Assembly (NCBI RefSeq): GCF_018350175.1 | Contig: NC_058375.1 | Span: forward strand, 93,558,001 to 93,622,000 | DNA length: 64,000 nt | Reading direction: 5' to 3' | DNA from: Felis catus | Taxonomy: Eukaryota | Shown: positions 1 to 13,724 of the stretch, piece after piece | How the letters are laid out: every line of letters begins with the position of its first letter | How positions within the stretch are numbered: position 1 is the stretch's first letter | The notes under the pieces: model-generated | The model's input: the letters and a program-made list of their open reading frames with translations, nothing else | What the model was told of the DNA's origin: nothing | The model's database searches: none | Position numbers and translations under genes: made by a program

Positions 1-2534
1 GGCTGAGACCTCTTCTCTGTGCAAAGCCAGCTGTCTTGGGCACGGACCTAGGCTGAGACTAGGGCCTCCCCAATGGGAACCATCGGCTGTCTCCAGGTCA
101 GGGCTGCAGTGGCCTAGAGAGGCCTTCTCCAACCCACTCTCTCCCCAGGTCATCTGCCTTCTCTTCCTGCTGCAGCCTTTGCAAAGGTGGTAACTGTGAG
201 CAGGGTGGGGAACGATCCTTCCACTTCCAGGTGCGGACCTCAGATGGGTGCCCAAGAGAAGCCAGTGTGAAGTCCTCAGGCTCGGGCATGGGGCAAACCT
301 GGCTTCATCCTGCTCACATTTACCTGATGGTTGCGTGGATAAATAGACCAGGTGCCTTGAGATGGCTCTGGGCTCTGAGACTAGAAGGGAAGCCAAGCTG
401 CCTCCCTCTTCTCCCTTCCCCTCCCCGCTCCGCCCCTGGGATGAGGAGGACAGGGACCCACTTGGGCTGCACCTGTGTGGGGCTGGCCTGGCTGGGTGGG
501 ACGAACAGAGCCTAGAACTTGGAGTGAGGAGACCTGGCCTCGTCCTCCTCCTCCCAGGTATTTCTCTCTCTTTACCCCAGACTTCCCCTCTAAGCCAAGG
601 GATTAGATACGTTTTGATATGTGAAAGCCCTTTGTAAACGCCTAACTGCTTTATAAATCCAAGTTTCCTCAGAGAGAGGCAGCAAGGCCTAAGCTGCTAA
701 ATCCAACCCTCTGGGTCTGCACCTCGGACCCATTCATCCCCTCTGGCTGAGACTCTGTTCCTACAGTAGCAAAACAGGGGTTAAAAAACCCACTCATGTC
801 AGGGCTGTTGCCTTACTTAAAGAGACACTGCCCGGGAAAGGCAGTCCTCGGAAGGGCAGAGCCCTGCACCCGTGGAACCTGCCGGGGACAGGCCCCTGCT
901 TCCCTGAACTCAGGTGGGGCCACTGGCATTGGCACCAGGATCCTCGGGAGGTTTCGGAAAGGAAACCAGTTGAAGGGGTCACAGACTGGCAGCTCTGGCC
1001 TGCACAAGCCCGACACACGTTTCTTCCCGGCAACACTAGAACATTAAACAAACATCGCAAGTACCTCAGGCGGGAGAGAAGGGGCTCCAGGTCTAACACT
1101 TCAGCAGAACCCACCCCTCTTTGCGCCTACTCGGGGCTGCTTAAGGCTCTTGTAACCTCCCAGGGTACAGCTGGCCAATGAACTGGCCTCCAGAGAAGCC
1201 CGCCCGGAGGGTTTGGATGTCTCGGGGTGGGGTGGGGGGGCAGGGTAGACGGTCCTCTCACCCCCAGCCCCTCCCAGGTCTCAGCAGAACCCGAGTGGGT
1301 GTGTTATGACGGGGAGTGCTGAACTGATCTGGACCCCACAGCTCTCTCTCACCCCCCATCCATTGCTCTGAGACAAGAGCTCCACGCCCAACTCCCTCTG
1401 GGTCTGCTGCCTCCTTTCCTCTGTCCGGGGGAACCCCAGACCCCACTGTCCCCAGAGAGGGTCAGGGCAGAGGGAGGCACTGTTTCTGCTGGGCCTGTGG
1501 AGGAGGCTGAGGGCTGGGTGTACCCTGGCCGGCAGCCCAGGAAGCCTGAGCATGTAATTAAAAGATTGTATCTTCTCGGGTCTGTCTTTTGGGACAAGAG
1601 CTCCCAGTGTTGTCTTCGCCCTGTGACCTCTGTTTGGGCACTGCGTCCCCTGCTGCCTGGCTCTGCTCTGTCCCTTTAGTCAGGGTTGGCAGCTCAATTT
1701 CAACTGGTTCTGAGCACGGAGAGGACAGACTCCCCTTCTTCCCTTTCAGGTCTCCTAACAGCAGAGCTACAGGCCGATGGCTATGCCTCCTTGCTGCTGG
1801 TAGAGCATGGTGGCATCCATCCTGGAGGGGCTTTTAGAGAGACCATCCAGCTAGCGAGTGGACAGCTGAGACTCAGGTACCACTCTGCTGAGGATTGCAC
1901 CACATGGGTGGTGGGGATGGGCTGGATATGTAGGGGGAAAGCCCCCAACCCCCAGCACTAGACAATGGCCTTTAGGAACCCAGATGGTCAAGGAACACTT
2001 TGGCCTTTGCAAGACCACGAGACCCCAAGTCGTCATGGCCTTGGCAGCCCCACCCCACCCCATGGGCCCAAGTTCACCAACAGGGAGGTAAATCAGGCAA
2101 GTGTGCTCAGCAGGGGAAAAACAAAACAGCTCCTGGGAATGCCACGGGGAGGGAGGACAGGGCAAGACAGAGGGGGGACGTCAAGGGCTAGGATCCTGGG
2201 GTTCCTGGGGTACCTGGGAAGTGAGGAGAGTGTTTAAGGGCTGAACCAGTGGGCTGACTGTGTGGCCCTTACTGTCTTTCGTCTTCTCTGGGGCTGGTCA
2301 GGAGCTGGGGGTGAGCATGTGATTTCTGGCCCTGGGAGCCTGGGCACAGAGGCTATGTGTGTTCGTGGAGACACCTCCCGCCCGTGAACCCACTGATTCT
2401 GCCACAGACCCTGAGATGTGTGGGCCTGTCCTTCTTGTATAGCCAAGATGGCTGCAGCCTGAAGAAGGGGAGGGGCCTGCCCACAGTCTCTCAGGGAGGA
2501 GGCTGCCATCCACCATCTCTACGCTGAGCGCTTT

Positions 2535-2660
2535 GCAGGCACCGTTGTGAGCCCATTCTACAGATGAGGAGAGCAGGGCTCAGGGAGAAGGTCTCACCCA
2601 CAGCCAGGAACAGAAGCTGCATCAGGTATTAAACTCCAGAGTCCCGTTTCTTAGCATAAC
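2535..2660 (-). mobile_element. MIR SINE fragment
   Basis: Core motif cccattctacagatgaggagagcagggctcagggagaag resembles MIR cccattttacagatgaggaaactgaggctcagagagg. Confidence 0.6.
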
Positions 2661-3329
2661 TGGCCTCCCTACCTTCCCCCCTCCCACCAGACATTTTTGT
2701 GTGGTCTTTCTCCTTCTTGGCCTTGGGGTCATCAGACTACTTTTCCTGCCCTCAATCCCCAAGGCCCCTCAGGGGGTCACAAGCCTCAAACCATGGGGAT
2801 CCAGGGAATTCTCCCTTTATGTTCAGCTGGGACTCCTTCCTGCCCTTGAAAGAAGGACAGGGGAAGGAGTTTGGGAAAGTCTTGAAGGTGGGCACAGAGG
2901 AGGTCTCCACCCTCCGCCTGCAGGTAGGAGGCTAGGAGCCTCCGGGTTGTTGCCTGCATAGTGACCCCAGCCGGGGTGGGGATGGGGAGGACAGAAGTGT
3001 TGGTTAGGGGTATAGCTAATGAGGGTGACCCCCAGACACTATCCAGAGGCTTCTTGTTCTTTTCTTGGAAGGTTAAATGCTTAGGGCATCCAGGTCATGT
3101 GGCCACTCAGCCATCAGGCTTCATGACTTCCCTTAGCCTTATCTCTACCGCCTTACAACCAGCCTGGTGATGGGCTGTGGTGGGCTCCTGGAATCTAGCA
3201 ATCTGTACAAAAGGCCTGCAGAGTCTCGGAACTGAGTCGGGACACGGTTTCTGCCTGCCTAAGAGTAGCGCCCGTCCTGTGAGGGATGGCAGGAAATGTC
3301 TCGCCTTGCAGGAAGGTCAGGAAAGGCCT

Positions 3330-3645
3330 GGAGGGCAGATCCCTTAAGGATGAAAGAGCCAGACCAGAAATGAAGGGAAAGGCACTCTCGGAGGTGGGAA
3401 TAGCATGGGCGAAGGTGTGGTGCCAGAGCGGAACCTTTTCAGGGAATTGTGAATACTCTGAGTGGATGGAGCAGAGGAAGAGCGGGAGGGGAGGCATGAG
3501 GAGTGGATCGCGTCCTGGCCACCTGACCTGGAGGCCCTGAACACCCGGCTGCAGGGCACAGCCTTTATGCCAGAGCAACGGGAAGTCATTGAAGGCTCGA
3601 AGCAGGAGTGGGATGTGGTCATTTGCTTTTGGAAAAGCCCCTTCT
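3330..3645 (-). mobile_element. L2 LINE 3' fragment
   Basis: Purine-rich L2 antisense pattern ending gggaagtcattgaaggctcgaagcaggagtgggatgtggtcatttgcttttggaaaagccccttctggctgc. Confidence 0.6.
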
Positions 3646-5149
3646 GGCTGCGAGAGCGGCACAGGGAGGGCGGTCGGGAGGTGCCAGCCAGGACCCAGTA
3701 TCCACATGCTTTCATGGAAGAATTCTGTGATGAATGCCCCGAGCAGTTGGCTCAGTGGTGCAATAGTCCTGGCCCGGGCCACACAGGTCATCTTCCCCTC
3801 GGCTGGAGCGGGGCCGGCTTGGCTGGATAGATGAGCAGGCTCGAGGAGAAACAGATGTGGCTGGAGTGAGTGTGGCTGAGCAGGCTGTGGTTTGTACGGA
3901 TGACTCAGTTGCCCGTGCCCCGTGCCAGTACTGGCAGCTTCTGGGATTGGGACAAAGATTCAAGGAAGAGGGGTGTGAGGGAGCGGGTGAGGGGCTGCCC
4001 CCGGGAGGCTGTGGCTTGAGAAGCCCCAGGCCAGCCTTGGTCCCCGCCTCTGCTTCCACCCAGAAGGCACTCCAGACCCTCTTTCTGTGGGAGGCTGGGC
4101 GGCCCAGGTTAACCCCTGCAGTGCCAACTGTCATGCCCGGCCCCCTCCCCGGAGCCCTAGCACCCAGGGGTGCCCCAAGGCAGGGCCGGGAGGGCAAGCT
4201 TTCATTTCCTTTCTGTCTCAGGTGGACGTATTGGCCTCCAGCTCTCCCAGCCTGGGAATCCCGGGGCCACTGCTCTTGGTCCTGATGCCATGCCCAGGGG
4301 CCAGTGCCCTCCTTGAGACTTGCCCTTTCCAGTAGGCTCCGTCTCTGCCACCGGCTCCTCGGAGAGCTGGAAATAACCCAGCAAGATCAGCTGGCCTTCC
4401 CAGAAAGGCAGCTGAAGGCTTGGGCTTCCTCAGAGGAATGGATTCTAATGGTAAAATATCAATATCCCCAGGGGTGCGAGGGTGGGGAGCACAGTCGTGT
4501 AGGTGGAGGCTGTCAGAGGCTACCCCGACCATGGCTCTGACACCGGCAGGTCTGGATAACAAGCTGGGATAGCCTTCCCTCAGGGCTCCCTGGAACTCTG
4601 TTCCGAGGGTCCCACATGGGAATGGGCTGGCTCTACGGGAGGCAGGGCTAGATTGTCGGTCCTTGGCTCAAGGCAGGGAGGGCAGGAGGAAGGGAGGCGC
4701 CATTGTCCTCACCAAACTCAGGTCAGAGTGAGTCATTGATCCAGGCTTGGCTGCTCCCTTGGCTCCATCTGAGGAGGGGAGGGAGGCCTGAGGGAGAACC
4801 CAAGATGGCTTCTCTGGGGGCAGGGGACAGGGGCGGCAGTGAGGGGAAAGGTGGCTCTAGGCAGATTCCATGGACAGTGGAAAAAAAGGACGGAAGCAGG
4901 AAAGATGACTCCATAAGCTGTCGCTTCTTTGAGTAAAGCAACAAGGAGTGGGTGGAGCTGAGGGGTTATTGAGTAATGTCCTCACGGGGGAGGCTAAAAT
5001 GAGGAGGGCATGTGACCCTCGGGTGGCTCAAGGGCCAGTGAAGTCATTCTTTCTCCTGGCCTCAGCGTCTCCAGCTTCTCAAGATGACAGGCTGCCCTCT
5101 TGATGCAAGCTCCTTCTTAATGACACAAGACCTGTCTCTCTGGCCAGAC

Positions 5150-5195
5150 TCCTTCCTTCCTTCCTTCCTTCCTTCCTTCCTTCCTTCCTTCCTTC
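5150..5195 (+). repeat. (TTCC)n microsatellite
   Basis: About 11 tandem TTCC units. Confidence 0.95.
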
Positions 5196-5629
5196 CTCCC
5201 ACAAACAGCCACTGAGGACAAAGAGGAATTCTGGTGGGCAGAGTGGAGGGCACACATGTACAAAATGGTTAATTCCTGTTTAGGGGGTCCATATCCAAGC
5301 ATGAGGGCAGAGAGATGTGGGGGCCCAGAGTGAGGGGTTGGCCCTGCTGGGTCATACAGGGAGGCTTCACAGAGGAGGTGGCCTCGCTTGAAGGAAGAGT
5401 AGTGACCGGCTGCAAAGAGAGAAGAAGAAGGGGACTTCTGGACAAAGAGTAGGTAGCACGCCGGGGCTATGGGGTACCTGAAGGAGGCACAAGGGAAGAG
5501 ATACCTGCGGGTGTGGAGGGCGCTAGGACTGAAGAAACAGGGGGATTGCCTTAGATGGGGCAGCAGTCATCAGCCCGTCGCCTAGACTTGATGTTGGGCA
5601 AAGAGTGGGAGAGAACCTTGGTCTGATGT

Positions 5630-5815
5630 AAGGAGTGTAGGGCTTGCAATCAGCCAGGCCTGGGTTCAAGTCCAGGTTCTATATCACCTAACAGCTGGTG
5701 AGCTGGAGCTGGCCACTGAACACGCTGTTTCCTCGTCTGTACAGTGGGATCACTGTGGCTCTGGGGTTTCTGTAAGGATCAGATGTCACAGTGCCTCGCA
5801 GGCCGTAAATAACTG
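5630..5815 (+). mobile_element. MIR SINE
   Basis: cctgggttcaagtccaggttct...tgtttcctcgtctgtacagtgggat...gtaaggatcagatg. Confidence 0.65.
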
Positions 5816-7569
5816 CAAATGCGAGGCGTCCTTGGGCTAGCACCTCGGCAGCAGCCCACTTCTGCCGTGACCTTTTGGGGTGCCATTTCCTGGGGCAGGG
5901 CCACAGAAGGCTGCTCTCATCAGGCCAGCGTTCATGCAGAGGATGAGGTTTTTGACCTTTACTATACCCTCTGTGGGGTCACTTTGTTTGGGGTCAGCGG
6001 CTGCCCACCCCGAATCTAGAGCTGCGGGATGCTCTAATGCTAGTGAGGCCGGAGCGGGCACCAGTGTTCCCAGTGCACCCTGTGCAGCGGGACAGGAACC
6101 CTGCAGCAAAATAGGATAATGGACAGCAGGCGGGTGAGGCCAGGAGTGGGCGGACATGAGAGGATGTGGGGAGAGGACGGGGTGAGAAACAGCTGAGTGG
6201 GGCAGGCAGGGCCTCCCGCACCTCCGTCACCCCCCTCGTGCACCCCACACCCCCTGGTCTCAGCGTCCTCGGCTTTGGGCCTGGCTGAGGAGGGGAGGCT
6301 GGAGAGGGGAAGGACTGGGACTTGTTAGCTCTGAGTGGCCACATTGTGGTAGCAACTCAGTTCCCCTGACCCCCAGGGCCACCCTAGCTTAGCCTGGGCA
6401 GTGTCCTGAGTGTTCTGTGACTCAGCAGTTCTTTGCCAGGGGGCAGGGCCCCCGTGGATCCGCTGAGCTCGGGTCCCCGCAGGGCTGGGCTGTCTCTTGG
6501 GGCCAGGTGGTCCTTGGCGCCGGACCAGGCTCCCGCACCCTCTCTCAGCCCCTCATCTGCTCCAGGGACCCTCGAAGTCCCTCTGGCAGCGAGGCCGTAG
6601 TGCCGGGACAGGGCCGTGCCCGGTGACTCAGCCTGGCCCTCTCATTTGCACTGAGTAGGTGCCATAAATATTTGTTGAGTGGAGTTCTTGCCTCCGGTTG
6701 GGATTTTCCACGGCAAGTAGTGGCTCCAGGCCCTGCCACGGGCCGGCCTCACACATACGCGATTCCTCTTCTTCCCTACCCCACCCTGCTCCTCCCCAGA
6801 CGCCCCTTCAGATTGCTCCTCCCAACCTCCGTCCCCTGGGAGTCTCCTGCTTCCCCAGGAATCCCCGAGACTCCCCGCGGGACCCCGCCCGCCCGAGAGC
6901 CCTGGCAGGTGTGTGCCCGGCGGCGTGTCAGCTGAGGAAAACGGGCCCGAGGCAGGATCTAGCGTGGAGTCCTGTTTGTGGGGGCCCGCGTGGACAGCGG
7001 CTGCCTCCTGTCAGCAGGGCAGGGGGCCGGGGCCGGGCTGAGCCGCATGACACCAAGACTTCAGTGTGGGGAGAAGGAGGACCTCTCATAGACCAGGTGG
7101 CCACGCGTGCTGGTTGCTCAGTGCAGGTCTGGACTGATTATCAAAGAGCAGCGTGAGTTATGTGGCCACTCTGATCAGAGGGCTTCGACGGCTCCCCAGG
7201 GCACGGGGACCTGAGCTCGTGCCATGCCTCCGGGGTCCACATGGTGACTCATTCAGGTCCTCACCTCTCCCCGCTCTGGAAGCTGGTGCTGAGGCTTCAT
7301 CTCACGCACACAGTGGAGCATCACGCTGACTGGACCTGGGTTTCAAGCTTGAGGCAGATGCATGAGGGGCACAGCCCCGGGGGAGCCCACGGTTTAACTG
7401 CGGCGCGAACTTCAAAGGGATGTGTGACACGTGTGCGGGTATCAAAGAAGGTCAGGTAAGAAAGGGAGAGAGAGCTTTGCAAGCCGTGAAGTTCCTAGAT
7501 ACTCATGGTAGCAGCTCATCTTTGTAGGGTACTGAGCCTGTTTGCTGAGAAACCCCAAGACGGGGGTCA

Positions 7570-7690
7570 TATTATTGCCCCCATTTTAGAGACGCAGAAA
7601 GTGGGGTGCAGAGAGGTTAAGTGACTTACCAAAGGTCACGCAGCTAGTAAGCCAGGTTTCAAACTCCAGAGCCATGTTCTTAAACACAGT
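7570..7690 (-). mobile_element. MIR SINE
   Basis: ccccattttagagacgcagaaagtggggtgcagagaggttaagtgacttaccaaaggtcacgcagctagtaag. Confidence 0.75.
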
Positions 7691-8041
7691 ATCATGCCTC
7701 ATATCCGACGTTTCAGTAATAGCTACCATAGGGATTTTGTGGAGACAAAAATAAGGCCAAATGTGGAAGTTTGCTTTGTGAACGAAAACCAAACATGAAC
7801 AAATTGTGAAGTATTTTGGAACTGGCTTCCTCAACAGCCCATGGAGATACAGTAGAAAATGAAAGTATTTGTAAACTTTTCCCAAATCCATTGCCTCAGA
7901 ACTAATCATCAGGTGAGATTATGAATTTTCCCCTTCTTTCTCTCTTTTTCGGATGAATACATTTATCATAGAATTCAATTGATGGTCAGTTTTAGCCATT
8001 TCTTTTTACCATCAGCGTCACCACCAACTTCTGTCAATTCT

Positions 8042-8478
8042 TTCTTTCTTTCTTTTTTTTTTAATTTTTTTTAACGTTTATTTATTTTTGAGACAGAGGG
8101 AGACAGAGCATGAACGGGGAGGGTCAGAAAGAGGGAGACACAGAATCTGATACAGGCTCCAGGCTCTGAGCTGTCAGCACAGAGTCCGACACGGGGCTCG
8201 AACTCACGGACCGCAAGATCATGACCTGAGGCGAAGTCGGCCGCTTAACCGACTGAGCCACCCAGGCGCCCCTCTTTCTTTTTTTTTTAATGTTTATTTT
8301 ATTTTTGAGAGAAAGTGAGCCGGGGTGGGGGGTACAGAGAGAGGAGGGGACAGAAGATCCAAGGAGGGCTTCTCACTGTCAGCACAGAGCCTGACACGGG
8401 GCTCGAAGCCACGAACCATGAGATCATGACCTGAGCCGAAGTCCGATGCCGAATGGACTGAGCCACCCACACACCCTG
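8042..8478 (-). mobile_element. Two nested SINEC_Fc: younger copy (~8050-8272) inserted in the A-tail of an older copy (~8273-8477)
   Basis: Two antisense Can-SINE bodies; outer TSD acttctgtcaa(t/c)tc at 8027-8040 and 8479-8492. Confidence 0.9.
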
Positions 8479-9849
8479 ACTTCTGTCAACTCTTGCTCCA
8501 AGGCGACTCTTAGCTGGAGCCCCTTCTCGCCGTTTCCTAGGATTTTATCCACAGCCACGCCATCTTTACACCACAGCTAAATTGCTACCACGGTGTCCCA
8601 GCCACTGCTCTGTGGCTAGCCACTCTCGTCTCACTCACATCCATCCTTCCTGGAGCTGCTTGAAAACTCAACGTAGTTTTCGCCCCTCCCAAGAAGGGCC
8701 TACGTGGTGATAACCTATGAGATAAGGCAGGAAGTAGAAATAGAAAATTGGGTAATGGAAAAAGAACTGGCCAGTACTTCATTAGTCACTAATGACACAC
8801 AAAAAAACAAAAAACATGGGAGGATTCACTGAAGAGCAAATGGTTTAGGTGGATGAAAAAATAACAGCTGATACCTGTGTAGAACATTCCCTGTGCCAGG
8901 CCCTGTCCCCAGTGCTGTCCACACATTGCCTGGGAGCAGGGCCTCTTGTCCTCATTTTGCAGACAAAGAAACTAACGCAGGGAAGTTCAGTGGCTTGCCC
9001 CAAATCAAAGCAGCTTGGTTCCTGTGTCTGCTTAGCTCCTTTGCTACCAACAGCTTTCCCGTATGTCAGCAGTTACTTCCTACAAAATAAGTCAGGAGGA
9101 CAAGATACGCTCATAATAGCCATCAGAGGTATGCGATTTCCCAACATGCTGGCTCATTTTGTCACCTGTGTCCCACAGCAGCTGTGCCCGCCCATGCCCA
9201 GAGTCTCATGCCGCCTCTCACAAAATAGTCATCGGCTTCTGGCCCTTAGGCCGCTAACAGCAGGCCCCCATCCTGTGCCTAGGGATCGAATGGAGAAGAA
9301 GGCTTCCATAGCCCTTTATCGGCCTTGTCCCTCCCTCAGTGAGAAGCAGCCTGGTCTGCAGAGGTGCAGCCCTGCCTTCAACAGACACAGCCAGAATCTT
9401 CTTAAAAGTACAGCCCCATTTCAGGAGAGGACCTTTGGTAGTTTCTAGATCCATCTGGGGAGTTCCTCCTCAACAGGAGGACTGAGGGCCCTGAATGAGT
9501 ATTGCAGCCTCCACTTTCTTATCAGAAGGTAACTCCTTGTAGCCATGCCAGCCAGGGCCCCCTGACAGCAGTGGGGGCCTCCCAGTGTCTGCAGGACCCA
9601 GGGGAGGCATTGGCGACACCATCTTGGTTTGCTAGTAGAGTCCATGTATTATGGTTTCCCTCACCCTCACCCATCTGGGCATCTTTCCGGGGCTGAGAAA
9701 ATTCATCCTTCCCCCTCTAATCATTTCTGGGGCACCAAACAACCCTCTGAAAGGAACAGGATGCTAATTGGCTGACCAACTGGGCTATGGCCTATGACGG
9801 TCCCTCCAGAAGAGGTGCCAGGAAGCAACACGTATCAAGCGTCTTTTAT

Positions 9850-10060
9850 ACGTACCCAGTATGTTCGGTGCTTTCCCATGTCATCTTATTTATGCCCCCA
9901 CAATAACCTTACAGAGTAAGTGGTGTGATATAGTCACTATAGATGTGAGTAAACCGAGGTTTCAAGAGGTTGAAGAACTTTCAGTAAATATTGTGGCTGG
10001 AAATTGAACACAAGCCTTTGGCTGCAAAGCCTACGGTTTCCGACTGTGTCACACTACCTC
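9850..10060 (-). mobile_element. MIR SINE
   Basis: ccacaataaccttacagagtaag...tagatgtgagtaaaccgaggtttcaagaggttgaagaactt. Confidence 0.65.
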
Positions 10061-11322
10061 CGTGGGAAGATCACTTCGTCGTCTTGCTGAAGACACCTGG
10101 GTCGGATGGGGTGTGGGTTAAGGTATCTCCCCAAGAATGACAGTGAGGCAGCCCGCTCTCAGTATAAGGCAGCCCCTATAATGAGAAAATTCCAAGGCAG
10201 GAGGGGCTTTAGGTAGGATAGGGTGTGGAAAGGGGCAGGATTTCCAAGGAGCACTGACTTTCTCTGGATGTCACTCGCAGCACTAGCAGGAAGGGGCTCG
10301 ATACCCCATCAGACTGAGCTTGTGCAGAACACTCCTTGGGTAGCGTGAGCCCAGCAAGGCCCGCCCCTGGCCTGCCAGCTCTGGGTCTTTCTTCTGCGTT
10401 CTGAGCCCATCTGCAGAATGGGACAGCCCCTCTGGGAGATTTGGACCGGTGGCTCTCCCAGTCCAGGGCCTTTGCCACCACTAAGGACTGAGGCTGAACC
10501 CACGGCTCAGCTTGGGCCAAGCTGAATGCCAGGATGCTGGTGGAGTAAACAGGAAGGAGGGAGTTTGGGTTTAGTCCCTGACGCCAGGCCTGAGGGGTCA
10601 GCCTCGTGGAGGAGAGGGAGGTGGTGGAGACTCTCTGTTGCTGCCTCGCTCCTCTCCCGTCCCAGCTGTCCCCCCGGGGCTCATGCAATTCCCTGCAGCT
10701 TTTTCGAGGGTGGAGGTGTGGCTGGAGCGGGACCGGGTGAGAAAGGGGGATTGGAAGGGGGCTGCCGTGGGACTGGAGGTAGGGGTCCGTGAAGGGACGG
10801 ACTGGCACAGCCCTCGCAGCAGCAGCATTTCCCGAGCTGTTACCATGCACCAGGAGTGGTGTGGAGCACTTCGCGTCCAGCATTTCTCTGAATCCTGACA
10901 ACCACCGAGGGCTGGGCACTCTGATTCTCCTCACTGTACTGATCCAGAGGCCGAGGCTTATGGAGACTTGAGTCCAGATCTCCAGCCGGTGATCTGGCTG
11001 CTACACCAGAGAGAGGGTCTAGGAGAGAGACAGAGAGGGCCCAGCAATCTCAGGCCTAGAGCTGAGGCCACTGTGGTCCTGGGCTCTCCGTTCCTCTGGG
11101 CCCTCATCTTGCCAGCCCCGGCTATGCACCCCTCCGCTAGGCAGGCCTGCCTCTTTTGGGTCCCCTCCTGCCACGCTCCTTGCCCGGGACAGCTTGCTGC
11201 CTGCAAGGGGCCGGGTGGTTCACACTGAGGCAAAAATGACTCAAGTGGCAGCTGAGGTGCTCTGGGAAAAGCACCGCATGCGGAAGCCTTGGCTCTGTGT
11301 CGTTCCTGGACCACTTACTAAT

Positions 11323-11540
11323 TGGGGCGCCTGGGTGGCTCAGTCGGTGAAGCGTCCAACTTTGGCTCGGGTCATGTTCTCATGGTTCCTGTGCTGACAG
11401 CTCAGAGCCTGGAGCCTGCTTCAGGTTCTGTGTCTCCCTCTGTCTCTGCCCCTCCCCCGCTCATGCTCTGTCTCTCTCAAAAATAAATACACTTAAAAAA
11501 ATCTTAATAAATTAAATAAATAAATAGATAGATAGATAGG
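11323..11540 (+). mobile_element. SINEC_Fc with internal deletion and A/GATA tail
   Basis: ggggcgcctgggtggctcagtcgg head, CT-rich linker, aataaa tail; the gagttcgagccc B-box segment is missing. Confidence 0.9.
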
Positions 11541-12364
11541 GAAAGCTAATCTGGGAGAGAGAGCCTAGAACAGTGCCTGACATATAGTAGGTGCTCATTA
11601 AAACTTTCGTTTGTAAAAGCAGAGATTATGATCCCACCGCACAGGGCTAAGGTCAGATGAATATTCTGTGTATGAAAATACTTAGGAAACTGTGACATTA
11701 TTTAGTTGTGAAGAGTATTGGTACGATCTCAGGAATGTGTTTTATGAGGGCAAAGCCTTAAGCCAAGGGATGAGGCCTTGACTGCCTGGGGAGTTTTCTT
11801 GGGTACAGAAAGTCCCCACTGTTGCTCTTGGAACACACCTAAAACCCCACAGTTTGTCTCTGGCTGCCTCCTGTGAGGCGGGAAGCCAGGCTGAGCTGGT
11901 CAAAGACTCTCACAAGGAACCCCAAGGCTGGATGTTTCGGAGCTTCAGAGAATTTTCCAAGGAGCAGAGATCTTGTTTTCAGAGGGGGTAACTCAGACTT
12001 TGGTGGCTGGGGGGGCTGTCCCCAGGGAGGGGCTCCCTGTGACTGCACATGCACGACCCCACAGTTCTTTCAAGCGGCTCCCCCCGACCAGACAGCTATG
12101 GGAAGGGGCTGTGGGCTGCACACGCACGTGGGAGGCACAGTCCTTTGTCTTTCCCTGCATTTCTGGCAGGCACTTCACTCCCAGCTGACGCACCTGTTGG
12201 CACTAAGAACTAGCTGTTTCACTGCTGAAAGCACTCAGGGGTCAAGGGTTGATCGCCCTCGCCCAACTCAGCTCTGAAGAGGATTTAAAGCCAGTTTTGT
12301 CGGATCCAACACCCAAGCTCTGTCTGCTAAGCGATGTGGTTTCCAGGTAGCATAGTCTTTAAAA

Positions 12365-12603
12365 AATTTTTTTATTTTATTTTATTCATTTATTTATTTT
12401 AAATGCTTATTCATTTTTGAGAGACAGGGAGAGCCAGAGCGAGAGCAGGGGAGGGGCAGAGAGAGGAAGACACAGAATCCGAAGCAGGCTCCAGGCTCCG
12501 AGCTGTCAGCACAGAGCCCGACGCGGGGCTCAAACTCACAAACCGCGAGATCATGACCTGAGCTGAAGTCAGTCGCTTAACCGACTGAGCCACCCAGGCG
12601 CCC
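12365..12603 (-). mobile_element. SINEC_Fc
   Basis: Full antisense body ending ccgactgagccacccaggcgcccc with T-rich tail. Confidence 0.95.
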
Positions 12604-12611
12604 TCCTCCCA

Positions 12612-13040
12612 AATGTTATTTTAAATTGTGGCAAAAAATACAGAGCATAAAGTTTATCATCCTTGTCTTAAATGTACGGTACAGCAGTACTATTTTCACG
12701 TCGTTGTGTAAAGCTCTCTAGCACTTTTTCATCTTGCCAGACTAAGACTCTGCACCCACTGAGTACCAACTCCCCATTTCCCCTCTCCCAGCCCCCGGCC
12801 CCCACCATTCCACTTCCTGTCTCTTGCGAATTTGACTACCCTTGGTAGCTCACGTAAGTGGAACCATACAGTCTTTGTCCTTTTGTGACTGCCTTATTTC
12901 ACATAATGTAATGTCTTCGAGGTTCATCCATGTTGTAGCATATGGCAGGATTTCCCTATTTTTTTAAGGTTGAGTAACATTCTACGGTGCGTGTGTCGCA
13001 TTTTTTTCACCTACCCATCTTTCAACGGACCGCTTAGTTC
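12612..13040 (-). mobile_element. L1 3' end fragment (L1MA/L1MB-like)
   Basis: aaattgtggcaaaaaatac...gtaagtggaaccatacagtctttgtccttttgtgactgccttatttcac...aggttcatccatgttgtagca. Confidence 0.8.
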
Positions 13041-13298
13041 TTTAGTCTTTTAAACTTTTCACTGAGTTCAACAGAGTGGGTCTATTTTATTAATTCAATC
13101 GCTTTGGGAATTAAACCCTTTTTGGTTGGCTTCATATTTCGAAGCTGCCTGTCAGATCTTCTCAGGGATTCGGCAGTGACACCACCATGGCATGTGTTTG
13201 GAAGGACAGAGACCCTTTTCAAGGATGGTCCGTTCCACTCTCCAGGAAGGCGAATGTTGGGGAGGTTTTCAAATAGTACGAAGTACAAATACATTTTA

Positions 13299-13516
13299 TT
13301 TATTTTTGAAAATGTTTTTTTTATTTTAGAGGAGAGAGAGACAGACAGAGCATGAGTGGGGGAGGGGCAGAGAGAGAAGGAGACGCAGAATCCGAAGCAG
13401 CTCCAGGCTCTGAGCTGTCGGCACAGAGCCTGACGCGGGGCTCGAACCCAAGAACTATGAGATCGTGACCTGAGCTGAAGTCGGACACTCAACCGACTGA
13501 GCCACCCAGGCACCCC
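13299..13516 (-). mobile_element. SINEC_Fc
   Basis: Antisense body; TSD caaatacatttta at 13286-13298 and 13519-13531. Confidence 0.95.
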
Positions 13517-13724
13517 TGCAAATACATTTTAGATCTCAGTCCTGGACCCATAAATGCATGTATGTATGTAATTGACACAACAGTTCTCTGAAGCAACACT
13601 TAACCTCACTCTGTGAGATGTGCTCACATTTTCCAGTCAAGGGCTCCTTGCAGTGCAGTCTGTGAGCCGCTTATCACCAGCCAGGGAGGAGATAGGTGCA
13701 GAAATTAAGAGTAAGTGCTGAGTA

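Noticed and set aside
10209-10934. 241-aa ORF, and similar 200-250 aa ORFs at 8849, 49635 and 53773
   Set aside because: No recognisable domain, partial overlap with MIR/L2, and expected by chance in GC-rich DNA.
12411-12593. Recurrent MAQSVKRPTSAQVMIS... ORFs
   Set aside because: Translations of SINEC_Fc bodies, not a gene family.
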